DNA of 64,000 nucleotides from Candidatus Aenigmatarchaeota archaeon (lineage in GTDB: Archaea; Aenigmatarchaeota; Aenigmatarchaeia; CG10238-14; SCSR01). Of the stretch, positions 33,843 through 42,578 are shown piece by piece. The translations under genes were made by a program, and so were the position numbers. Under the pieces are notes generated by a model that ran no database searches, was not told where the DNA came from, and was given only the letters and a program-made list of their open reading frames with translations. The stretch lies in contig JAVZHQ010000001.1 of NCBI GenBank assembly GCA_038998335.1, forward strand, positions 594,165 through 658,164. The letters are read 5' to 3'. Every line of letters starts with the position of its first letter. The first letter of the stretch is position 1.

Positions 33843-34718
33843 ATGAAGTTTGGAAAAATAGCTTTTTTGATTGGTTTAATAAGCATGCTAGGAGCAGCTT
33901 TTTTAGTAAGCTTAACAAAACCAGCTTTTTCAGCAACCTCAAACCAAACAAACGTTACTGTAGAAGTAAAAGGAGTTTGCCAGATAACAGTTGCACCAAC
34001 AAACCATACCTGGTTTAGCGTTACTCCAGGCTCAGAAGGAGGAGTAAAAACATTAAACATAAGAAATAGTGGTTCAAAAAACCTTACAAATATTTATGGC
34101 TATGTTGACACACTCACAGTAGAAACCACTAACCCAATTCCTACAGGTGACCCTTCAAGATATGCTTCCGGTGGAGTTCTTGTTTTAAACGCAGGAAGTG
34201 GCTTTTATTATGTAGGAAGGTTGGAGTGGAATGTGAGTAAACCAGCAGGAGCAGGTAATACTAATTGTGATGCAACATGGTCAACTTGGGGTTGGTACAG
34301 AAACGCTACTGTAGGAAATTATCTTTGGTGCATGGTTAACGGAAGCGACGGAACTTGTAATGCAAGTAATGCAAAAATCTATATAGAATCTGATGTTGAC
34401 ACAGGTGACCCAAGTACAAGAGACCCAGATAAAGGTGGCAACGTTGAAAGCCAAGCTCCAGATTGGGCAATATTTGGTTTTAGTGATGGACCTTTGGCTG
34501 GGCACTGTGTAGCCTTATACAAAGACTGCACAAAAATATACATATATAAATATGATCCAACCTTTGGCGACTGCGATATGGAAAGTTTCATAAGAACAGA
34601 AGCCTTGACACCAAGCTCAGAGTTTTCAGTTAGCTTAGACGTTTGGGTACCAAAGGGAATTCCAGCAGGATGGTTAGCTTCTAATTGGCTAACTATTGAA
34701 GGAAGCTGCCCACCATAA
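33843..34718 (+). CDS. Secreted Gly/Trp/Cys/Asp-rich 291-aa protein, compositionally distinct from its neighbours
   Basis: Signal peptide MKFGKIAFLIGLISMLGAAFLVSLTKPAFSA. The mature part has 8 Cys and many W/G/D with few K/E. Transcribed divergently from the 33768 operon. Confidence 0.75.
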   Translation: MKFGKIAFLIGLISMLGAAFLVSLTKPAFSATSNQTNVTVEVKGVCQITVAPTNHTWFSVTPGSEGGVKTLNIRNSGSKNLTNIYGYVDTLTVETTNPIPTGDPSRYASGGVLVLNAGSGFYYVGRLEWNVSKPAGAGNTNCDATWSTWGWYRNATVGNYLWCMVNGSDGTCNASNAKIYIESDVDTGDPSTRDPDKGGNVESQAPDWAIFGFSDGPLAGHCVALYKDCTKIYIYKYDPTFGDCDMESFIRTEALTPSSEFSVSLDVWVPKGIPAGWLASNWLTIEGSCPP

Positions 34719-34802
34719 ACCTAAGTAAAAACCCAGAAAAACTTGGCTTCTTTTTAGGTTTCATTCTTTTGAAATTTATTGTTAAAATTACAATTTGATA
34801 TT

Positions 34803-36062
34803 ATGAAAAAGTTTCTTTACCTCTTTATCATCTCAATTGTAGCAATTCTTATTTTTAACTTCATTTCTAACTTTTTTTCTTTAAGAATTACAGGCTTTGT
34901 TGGAGCTAACTTTTCCGTTAACATTTCAGAAGTTTTGAAAGGAGAGCTTTTGATTAGCTATAAAGAGGAGTTAAACTGGGGTGAGTTTCAAAACATAACA
35001 GTAGATTTTTTAAACACAGGAAGCGTTCCTTTTCAAGAAAAAATTGAAGTTAGAATATATTACAACTACGGAGGAAAGCTTCAACCTTTAGCCTATTATT
35101 ATGATTCCATAGTAACTTTAAAGCCAGGTGAAAGAAGAAGTTATAGAGTTAACTATCTTCCGCCTACCATAGGAACCTATTATATAAAAGTAAGGGTTCC
35201 TTATGACGGAAAAACTGTAGAAACATGGAAAGCTTTTATAGTAATTTATATTCCTCCTCCACCTCCTGTTCAAATAATCACCCTGCCTCCTGAAGTTCCT
35301 GCTCCACCTGTTGAAGTAGTTGAAACTGGAAAGCCTGGAATGGAAATAGATTACCCAGAAAAAATAACTATAGCTCAAGGAGAGTCGAAACTTTTTAGTG
35401 TTATAGTTAAAAATACAGGACAAGTTTCTTTAAGGAACATGAGGCTAGCTATTTCCCTTCCTAGCTCTTTTAGCATAGAGGTGAACCCGAAAGAAATCTT
35501 TAAAGTTATACCGAACGAAACAGCAGTTTTTCTTGTCTATTTAACAATTCCGAACCAAACTTTACCTGGAATCTATCCTTTGGATTTTGAAGTGATAACC
35601 GACAAGATAAAAGAAGGGAGAAGAATAAGCGTAGAAGTTGTTTCTGGTTTACCAGATATAGAAAAAGAAGTAAAGGAAACGATCCAATACTACGAGTACT
35701 TAATCTCAGAAATCCAGAATCAAATAGATGCTGCTTTTTTGAAAGGAATTGACGTAAGCAAAGCCCAAGAAAGCTTGGATAAAGCAAAAATAGCCTTAGA
35801 AGAAGCAAAAACCTATTATAACCTAGGAAAATACTTAGACGCTAAGAAAAAGCTAGATGAAGTAAAAGATCACTTACAGGAAACAGTTTTCCAGCTTTCC
35901 TTAGCTTTAATTCCTGTTTATTATCCTGCTTTTCCTTTCTTACCTCTTATTCTTCTTCTGATAATAATCCTAGCAATAATTCTAGCACTGATTCTTTCTA
36001 GAAGAAGAAAGAAAAAGGAAGAGCTTAAGAGACCAAAGCTTTTGAGAGGAATAGAAACTTAA
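34803..36062 (+). CDS. Membrane-anchored surface protein: FxNTGSV domain, poly-Pro linker, CARDB-like domain, coiled coil, C-terminal TM
   Basis: ATG at 34803 (the track start 34779 is TTG). ITVDFLNTGSVPFQEKIEVRIYY. IYIPPPPPVQIITLPPEVPAPPVE. SVIVKNTGQVSLRNMRLAISLP...LPGIYPLDFEVITD. YYPAFPFLPLILLLIIILAIILALILSRRRKKK. Confidence 0.8.
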   Translation: MKKFLYLFIISIVAILIFNFISNFFSLRITGFVGANFSVNISEVLKGELLISYKEELNWGEFQNITVDFLNTGSVPFQEKIEVRIYYNYGGKLQPLAYYYDSIVTLKPGERRSYRVNYLPPTIGTYYIKVRVPYDGKTVETWKAFIVIYIPPPPPVQIITLPPEVPAPPVEVVETGKPGMEIDYPEKITIAQGESKLFSVIVKNTGQVSLRNMRLAISLPSSFSIEVNPKEIFKVIPNETAVFLVYLTIPNQTLPGIYPLDFEVITDKIKEGRRISVEVVSGLPDIEKEVKETIQYYEYLISEIQNQIDAAFLKGIDVSKAQESLDKAKIALEEAKTYYNLGKYLDAKKKLDEVKDHLQETVFQLSLALIPVYYPAFPFLPLILLLIIILAIILALILSRRRKKKEELKRPKLLRGIET

Positions 36063-36085
36063 GTTAAAAAATCAATAAAAAAATT

Positions 36086-36340
36086 ATGGGACTTTTTTCA
36101 CCTTTTGTCTACACAAACAAGCAAGGAAAAAAGTTTTGGCTTCATGTTAGAGAAAAAGGGAAACAAAAAATCTATTATTTTTCAAAAGACCCTACAGGAG
36201 CTTTAAGGGATTTACCAAAAGGTTATGAAGTTGTAGAAAACGAAATAACAGGAATGCCTTTTCTAAAGAAAAAGGAAGCAAAGGGCTTTCTCTCAGTTTT
36301 TAAACCAAAAAAAGAAGAAAAACAAGAGCAACAAGCTTAA
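36086..36340 (+). CDS. Small basic hypothetical protein (84 aa)
   Basis: ORF with a plausible globular N-terminus (GKKFWLHVREKGKQKIYYFSKDPTGALRDLPKGYEVVENEITGMPFLKKK) and a KE-rich tail. No family recognised. Confidence 0.5.
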   Translation: MGLFSPFVYTNKQGKKFWLHVREKGKQKIYYFSKDPTGALRDLPKGYEVVENEITGMPFLKKKEAKGFLSVFKPKKEEKQEQQA

Positions 36341-36365
36341 ATAGTTTACTGTTCATCAGTATTTC

Positions 36366-36842
36366 ATGAAATTTAGCAACCATTCAGTAGTAACACTTCA
36401 AATACTCTTAAAAATAATTATAGTTAACATAATAGTCTTGCTATCACTTGTTTCTGTGCATGAGTTTGGCCATTTAGTTATGGGCTTACTCACAGGCTGC
36501 TCAAGCGCAAGAATTGTTCTTTTTGACACAAGTAGAGAAGGCCCTTACACTGAGCTTTTTTGCAATTCTTCTAACCCTATAACTTATTCAGGAGGAATTT
36601 TATTTAGCTTAGCTTTTTCTTCGCTTTTCCTTTTTTTAAAAGAAGCTGAAGACAAAAAGCTTTTTTTTGTAGCTGTTGGTTTATCCTTAATGCTTTCTGG
36701 CCTTGACATAATAGCTTTAACTTCTACCTACTTTTCCTTTTATATTACGACAATTTTTGGTTTTTGTCTTACAATCTTTGGAGAGTACAACATAACTTTA
36801 AGCTACGCGAAAAAAGAAGAGCTTTTAAAGTACTACCTTTGA
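36366..36842 (+). CDS. Small polytopic membrane protein with HExxH motif (M50/site-2-protease-like)
   Basis: VSVHEFGHLVMGLLTGC lies within or next to the first TM segment. About 4 further hydrophobic segments follow. Confidence 0.5.
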   Translation: MKFSNHSVVTLQILLKIIIVNIIVLLSLVSVHEFGHLVMGLLTGCSSARIVLFDTSREGPYTELFCNSSNPITYSGGILFSLAFSSLFLFLKEAEDKKLFFVAVGLSLMLSGLDIIALTSTYFSFYITTIFGFCLTIFGEYNITLSYAKKEELLKYYL

Positions 36843-36887
36843 AACTTAAGATTATTAATTTAGAATACAATTTTATATTGTGAGAAA

Positions 36888-37649
36888 TTGGCAAGGGTAA
36901 TAGGGATAATTTCTGGAAAAGGAGGAGTTGGAAAAACAACTTTAACCGCAAACTTAGGAGCTTCTTTAGCACATTTTTTCAAAAAAAACGTTACTGTTAT
37001 AGATTGCAACATAACAACTTCCCACTTAAGCCTTTACTTGGGAATTCACTTTTGTCCAACTAGCTTGAACAAAGTTTTAAGGAATGAAATCTCCATAGAA
37101 GAAGCGCTTTACAAGCATTACAGCGGAGCTAACATTGTTCCTGCCTCTTTATCCTGGAAAGATTTGGAGGGCGTGGATGTAATTCAGATTAAAGATAGTA
37201 TAAAAAAGCTTTTTGACAAAACTGATATAATATTGCTCGATGCTGCTCCTGGCCTAGGAAGGGAAGCTTTGGCTGCTATAAAAGCTTGTGATGAAGTTAT
37301 TTTTGTTACCATGCCTTACGTTCCTTGCGTTATGGACATTATAAGATGCTTAGAAGTTGTAAACGAAATTGGAGTTAAGCCCTTAGGAATTGTTTTGAAC
37401 ATGGTTGGGAATGAAAGGTATGAGATGAAGAAAAAGGAAATAGAGCAGCTTACTGGTTTGCCAGTGATTGCTTCAATTCCTTCAGACAAAAATGTTTTGA
37501 AAAGCTTAGCTTTAAGGACTCCTGTTGTTCTTTTTAACAAAAAATCAAAAGCAAGTAGAGAAATAATAAAACTTGCTGGCAATTTGATAGGAGAAAATTA
37601 TAGAGAAGAAGGATTTTTCTCAAGAATTTTCAAAAAGCTTAGGTTATAA
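36888..37649 (+). CDS. MinD/ParA-family P-loop ATPase (archaeal MinD-like)
   Basis: TTG start. IGIISGKGGVGKTTLTANLGASLA (deviant Walker A). IILLDAAPGLG (Walker B). Similar along its length to the ATPase part of ORF 30547..31494. Confidence 0.9.
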   Translation: MARVIGIISGKGGVGKTTLTANLGASLAHFFKKNVTVIDCNITTSHLSLYLGIHFCPTSLNKVLRNEISIEEALYKHYSGANIVPASLSWKDLEGVDVIQIKDSIKKLFDKTDIILLDAAPGLGREALAAIKACDEVIFVTMPYVPCVMDIIRCLEVVNEIGVKPLGIVLNMVGNERYEMKKKEIEQLTGLPVIASIPSDKNVLKSLALRTPVVLFNKKSKASREIIKLAGNLIGENYREEGFFSRIFKKLRL

Positions 37650-38273
37650 GAATTTGTAAATTAGGAAAGAGATTAATAAAATTAAAGCTATTGCTGAAGC
37701 TAAAATTGTAAATCTTAAGTCAAAGCTTGGTAAAGAGATTCTTGAACTTATTTTTTCTTCTTCACTTACTTGCTTGCTCTTTTCTTTTTGTTCAACTTCC
37801 CTTTTTTCTTGCTCTGAAGAAAAATGTTCAAGAATTTTTATCTTGAAAACAAAAGTTTTTTCTTGAGCAACTTTAATTCCTGAATCTAAGCTTTCTGCTC
37901 TTGTTTTTATTCTTATTTCATTCTCTCCTTTTGCAGAATCTAAGGCTTTGATCAAAACTTTTACAGGAAATGCTTTAACATCACCTACCGAAAGCTTAAC
38001 GTATTCTCCTTCCTCATAAGGAGGACCAATTTTAGAAGCGTTTAACAAAAATTCTTTTGGCTCAACTATTACAACAAAACTTTCTTGTGAAAAAGGTTCA
38101 AGAGTAACTAAACAAGGAGAGTTTTCAAGATTCCAGAAAAGAAGAGTAAATTCTTTCGTTTCTCCTTTTACCATTTCTGCATAATTGCCTTTTTGCAAGC
38201 TTCCAAAGCTTAAAGCTTTAGCAGAAGGGATAAACAATAAAAAAATTATTGCAATCAAAATTTTCTCTTTCAT
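37644..38273 (-). CDS. Secreted beta-sandwich protein with KE-rich linker and C-terminal TM anchor
   Basis: Signal peptide MKEKILIAIIFLLFIPSAKA. GETKEFTLLFWNLENSPCLVTLEP...VKAFPVKVLIKAL. SLPSFDLRFTILASAIALILLISFLIYKFL. Confidence 0.7.
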   Translation of the reverse strand: MKEKILIAIIFLLFIPSAKALSFGSLQKGNYAEMVKGETKEFTLLFWNLENSPCLVTLEPFSQESFVVIVEPKEFLLNASKIGPPYEEGEYVKLSVGDVKAFPVKVLIKALDSAKGENEIRIKTRAESLDSGIKVAQEKTFVFKIKILEHFSSEQEKREVEQKEKSKQVSEEEKISSRISLPSFDLRFTILASAIALILLISFLIYKFL

Positions 38274-38274
38274 T

Positions 38275-41034
38275 TCAATCACACAACGAAGAGCAATTTC
38301 CGCATATTGTTATGGTTCCTTTATAAATTCCTGCATAAACGCTTGGTACAGAAAGCCAATAATAAAGTGTTAAGTTTGAGTTTGGTGGAAGAGCAGAATA
38401 AGCAAGTTTGTAATAATAGTCAAGAGGATAAACTGTGCTTGGGTTGTAAATATTGCTTGAATTGCTCCAGGTTAAATTGCCAACAGCTATAACAGAATTG
38501 TAAGTTGAATTTGTAAGGTCTGTTCCTTTAATCCAAATGTTCGGACTGCATGCTCCTATGACTGTTATGTTGTATAAATTGTTTTCATTTCCAGGGGCAG
38601 GGTTGTTTTCTGCTGGAGTGTTTGGAATTAAAAAGCCAAAGTCTATAAAGTCCCAAGACAGAATCAAGCTTTCTATTTCTATTCCAGAAACAATAGTTAT
38701 TGTTGAATTTTGGGTGTGGTTTTGCTGAACTTCTGTTAAAGAAGAATTAAAAAGTACGCCAATTTTCCAGACCGAACTAACATCACCGCTTGCATTAACA
38801 ACCCAAGTTAGATTGCAGAATTCATTCTCATCTAAGGGATTTGTTGGACAAGCTTTCGTTGCTAAAGCAGAAGCTTCTTGAATAAAAAATGGTTTATCTC
38901 CTTGAGTTGTGCTTATTGGTGTATCTGGAAAAGGAGAAGAAGCGTTATATCTTACGGTTCCGTAAACGTTGCCACAACTTCCAGCTTTACAGTAAACTGT
39001 TGCGTTTATAATAAAGGTAGAATTCTGAGGAACGTTGTAGCTTAAAGGCGGTGATGAAAGCCAAGCTTCCAGATAAGGTGGTGAAGGAAATGGACATACT
39101 GTTAGGTTATTATAAATTATGCTGTAGGGTGAAGAAGTTCCTTTTCTATAGATAAACTCTACACAATCTTTTGACTGATACTTTGAATTTGGATAAACAT
39201 TATCTCCTGTAACGTCTGTAGTAATCCAGACAGGATTTCCCCAACTTCCAGAATTATTCCTGTAAATTATGTTCCATCCTCTATTATTAGTTGTATCGTT
39301 TTGCTGCCATAAAACAAGAGGATAACCTAAGGAATTGGTTGTTATGCTTGAATATTGAGCTTTGCTTGTATCTGTTATAGTATCAATTCTTTCTCCGGTC
39401 CAGGTTGAACCATAATCAGAGCTTGAGTTAAAGTATATTCTATTATCTGAAGAATAATAGGAAACGTAAACTTTGCTTCCGTTATAAGTTATGCTTGGTG
39501 TATAGAAAATCATAGCATCTGAAGAGATTAAATCTTTATAAGAAGACCAGCTAACTCCAGAATCAGAGGAATTTTTATAAGTGATATAATAATAAAAGTT
39601 ACCTGTATCATAATACTTTTCCCTGACGACAACATGCATTCTATCGTTTGAGCTTCCGTTTCCGTCAACAGCAATAGAAGGCTCGTAATAATAAGAACCA
39701 TACTGAAGTATTCTTCCTACATATGTTTCATAACCATCAAATACAACTTTTATTGGACCCCATGTATTCCCAGCATCGCTCGAATTAAAAAACTCTATAT
39801 CAGTTGCATCTTCATTATCCTGATAAACAACATAAATTCTTTGCCCTTTTCTTTCAACGCTAACATATTCTCCTATTCCACTTGAATAAGGAACTTTTTC
39901 TTCAAAGCTTGCTCCGTTGTTTTCTGAGATATAAATTACAACTCCCGAAGTTCCATTTCTATAACCTATTGTTATATTATTGCCATCACAAGAAATTGAA
40001 GGCAAGCCTTTTGAGCCAGTTGAATTAACTATTGTTCTATTAACTATCCAAGTTTTACCGTTATCTATGCTTCTAGCATAACTTATAGTATTAGCATCGT
40101 ATTTCCAAACAACATGTATATAATTTTTTCCATCCCTACAAATTGCTCTTTGGTTCGGAGAAAAAGGAGTTGTAGTTGTTTGAAGATAGGATGTAGTTGT
40201 ATAGCTGAAAGGATTTAAACAAGAACTTCCATTCCAGTTATTATTAGTGTCGTTGGCATAAACGCACCACCTTATAGTGCACCCAACAGTTGAGTTTATT
40301 AGTACACTAAAGTTACTCCATGCTTCAGTTCCAGACAAGCTCATACCCGAAATATTTTGTAAGCTCCCTGTACAATTATCAAAGCTGAAAATGGCATAGC
40401 TTAACCCAACATCATCAGTCCATTTCAAAGAATGTTGTACTACAGTTCCTGCTATAGTTGAGTTTGTTGAATTAAGAGAATAAATTGGCGGTGAAATTTT
40501 AACAGTTATTGTTCTTATAGTAGAAGCATTCACTTCATTTGCAGAATCATTAGCATACTGTCTCCAACCTATAACTTTCCCTTCACAAACTGCTGGAATA
40601 ATTTGAGTTTCGTTGTGCCAAGTAGAGTTAACGTTGTTTCTTGCTGTAAAGGAAATGTTTACCCAAGTATCGCAATTAGCTCCAGAAGCATTCCAAGAAA
40701 ACCAAGTATAGTTTATTCCTAAGCCCATTCCTGCTGCACCAACAACATCAGTCCAGTTAACACTAAACTTTACTGTCTCTCCAACCTTTGGGTTTGTACT
40801 ATTTTCAGAAGGGGTAAACCATTGTGGAGCTTGATTCTCGCAGCCATTAGTTACTATTCCATCATCGTTGAACCAGCCAGGATTGCAAGTATAAGTGCAA
40901 CTTCCTGTAGAAGAGCAAGTACAACTTCCTCCACTTCCTAAACAGCAATAATAAGCCAAAACACTTTTTATACTTAAAAAGAAAAGGCCTAAAAAAATAA
41001 ACACGATGAAATACTTTTTTCTCATATCTATCAC
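38275..41034 (-). CDS. Secreted 919-aa protein: Cys-rich N-terminal cap, two Ig-like domains, BNR/Asp-box beta-propeller, C-terminal beta-sandwich domains
   Basis: Signal peptide. AYYCCLGSGGSCTCSSTGSCTYTCNPGWFNDDGIVTNGCE. Asp-box (S-x-D-x-G-x-T-W) copies: SIDNGKTW, SENNGASF, SSDAGNTW, SSDSGVSW, SSDYGSTW. C-terminal ITICGNCSSLCD. Confidence 0.8.
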   Translation of the reverse strand: MIDMRKKYFIVFIFLGLFFLSIKSVLAYYCCLGSGGSCTCSSTGSCTYTCNPGWFNDDGIVTNGCENQAPQWFTPSENSTNPKVGETVKFSVNWTDVVGAAGMGLGINYTWFSWNASGANCDTWVNISFTARNNVNSTWHNETQIIPAVCEGKVIGWRQYANDSANEVNASTIRTITVKISPPIYSLNSTNSTIAGTVVQHSLKWTDDVGLSYAIFSFDNCTGSLQNISGMSLSGTEAWSNFSVLINSTVGCTIRWCVYANDTNNNWNGSSCLNPFSYTTTSYLQTTTTPFSPNQRAICRDGKNYIHVVWKYDANTISYARSIDNGKTWIVNRTIVNSTGSKGLPSISCDGNNITIGYRNGTSGVVIYISENNGASFEEKVPYSSGIGEYVSVERKGQRIYVVYQDNEDATDIEFFNSSDAGNTWGPIKVVFDGYETYVGRILQYGSYYYEPSIAVDGNGSSNDRMHVVVREKYYDTGNFYYYITYKNSSDSGVSWSSYKDLISSDAMIFYTPSITYNGSKVYVSYYSSDNRIYFNSSSDYGSTWTGERIDTITDTSKAQYSSITTNSLGYPLVLWQQNDTTNNRGWNIIYRNNSGSWGNPVWITTDVTGDNVYPNSKYQSKDCVEFIYRKGTSSPYSIIYNNLTVCPFPSPPYLEAWLSSPPLSYNVPQNSTFIINATVYCKAGSCGNVYGTVRYNASSPFPDTPISTTQGDKPFFIQEASALATKACPTNPLDENEFCNLTWVVNASGDVSSVWKIGVLFNSSLTEVQQNHTQNSTITIVSGIEIESLILSWDFIDFGFLIPNTPAENNPAPGNENNLYNITVIGACSPNIWIKGTDLTNSTYNSVIAVGNLTWSNSSNIYNPSTVYPLDYYYKLAYSALPPNSNLTLYYWLSVPSVYAGIYKGTITICGNCSSLCD

Positions 41035-41038
41035 TTCT

Positions 41039-42115
41039 TTAAGTCGGACATGGTGTAGCAGAATAATAACAACAACTAGTTGAAGAGGCAGGAGCTGGCC
41101 GGCAAGTGTTTGAGCTTAAGTAAGAGTTTGGATAAGGAGAAGGACAGCTTACTGTACAAGATGTTAAAATGTAGCAATTTTCTGTTGTACAAAGGAGCCC
41201 CCAATTACTATAGTCGCAAGAGCAAGTCCCTCCAACATTGCAAGCTAAAGTATAACCAGAGGCATCTTCCCAGTAAAATTCTGAATTTTTCTCTTCACCA
41301 GGAGCAACGCTTCCTATGTGCTGCTTTAAAGTTATTGCTGAATTGTACTGCCCTTCGTCACTAACGTTCAACTCATAATCATAATCGCTTAGCCAATCAA
41401 GCCTTATCCTCCATAAAAGCAAATCCTTATAATTTCTTTTGTGAACTTCATACTTCTTTTCTTTTAAATAAGTTGAGTTGAAAATAGCGTTCAAACCATG
41501 CAAATCATAAACTTCAACTTCATTCAAAGTTGAATTTATAACGAAAGCATTATCTTCATAAGAATTGTTTATTTTTATCTCAGTAGTTTTCCACCAAAAC
41601 CAAAGGTCATCGATAGCTTTTGAACCAGTATTATAGCCATAAAAGCTTACGCTAAGCTTTCTATCGTTATCTTTAAGGAAATACCTAACCTTAAAGTAAA
41701 ACTTATAACCTCCTGGCGCATTATACTCCTTTGAAGTACCGTTAAGTTCAACCCATGTTGCCTCTTCGTTTGTTGCGTTAGTCCATGTTAATTCAAAAGA
41801 ATCTGTGCAAATTCCTTCGAATTTAAAATTCCCTACAGTTGCGTTTATGCAAATCCAATTTCTGCTCCACCAGTTTGGCAAGTCTTGAGTTATCTGAAGG
41901 CCTGAAGTTTTATTTACCCAGTAAACCTCTTGATCGTTCCAAATTTTAAAGGTTTGTGTTGTTGAATTGTACTCAAGAAAAGTAGAATTTCTTGGTTTAC
42001 ATTGAGCTTTAACCAAGGTAAAATTGCTTTCAACTAATTTATCTTGTTTTATTTGGATTAAACTCAAAGCTAAAATAAAAACTAGTGCAAGTATTATTAT
42101 TTTTAAAATTTTCAT
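41039..42115 (-). CDS. Secreted 358-aa protein with Cys-rich C-terminal module
   Basis: Signal/anchor MKILKIIILALVFILALSLIQI. C-terminus ACNVGGTCSCDYSNWGLLCTTENCYILTSCTVSCPSPYPNSYLSSNTCRPAPASSTSCCYYSATPCPT. Its stop lies 4 nt upstream of the 919-aa gene start. Confidence 0.75.
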   Translation of the reverse strand: MKILKIIILALVFILALSLIQIKQDKLVESNFTLVKAQCKPRNSTFLEYNSTTQTFKIWNDQEVYWVNKTSGLQITQDLPNWWSRNWICINATVGNFKFEGICTDSFELTWTNATNEEATWVELNGTSKEYNAPGGYKFYFKVRYFLKDNDRKLSVSFYGYNTGSKAIDDLWFWWKTTEIKINNSYEDNAFVINSTLNEVEVYDLHGLNAIFNSTYLKEKKYEVHKRNYKDLLLWRIRLDWLSDYDYELNVSDEGQYNSAITLKQHIGSVAPGEEKNSEFYWEDASGYTLACNVGGTCSCDYSNWGLLCTTENCYILTSCTVSCPSPYPNSYLSSNTCRPAPASSTSCCYYSATPCPT

Positions 42116-42178
42116 CTACTATTATTTCTTGGTTTAAACTATAAATTTAATTCAAAAGAAAGAAAAAAAGCAAAAAAC

Positions 42179-42460
42179 CTACTTCTCAAAGAGAACTTCA
42201 TAGGCAACAAAAAGTGTTCCTATCAAAGCTAGAATCCATCCTATTGCTGCGAATATTGTATCTAAACCAATAGTTCCAAAAGTTAAGTAGTTAAGAACTA
42301 CTTGGGGGAAAACTCCTGCAAACAGGAAGAAAACTCCTGCAGTTGCCAGGAAACCAAAACCCTTTTCTGATTTTTTCGTAAACTTTGCGTACTCAGCTAA
42401 GGCTATTCCTAGAAGTAAAGCTATACCCCATTCAATAAAGGTTGCTTCAAACAAAGCCAT
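42179..42460 (-). CDS. Small 3-TM membrane protein
   Basis: 93 aa, almost entirely hydrophobic segments (LLGIALAEY, FLATAGVFFLFAGVF, ILALIGTLFVAY). Confidence 0.6.
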   Translation of the reverse strand: MALFEATFIEWGIALLLGIALAEYAKFTKKSEKGFGFLATAGVFFLFAGVFPQVVLNYLTFGTIGLDTIFAAIGWILALIGTLFVAYEVLFEK

Positions 42461-42578
42461 TTTTCCACCTATTTTTCATTTCAAAGAAAAGAAATATAAA
42501 TTCTTCTCTTACCTATTTAAACATTACTTTCAAAAAGTGGTAACATACTTTTATGCTTAAGGAAAAGAAAAATTAATT

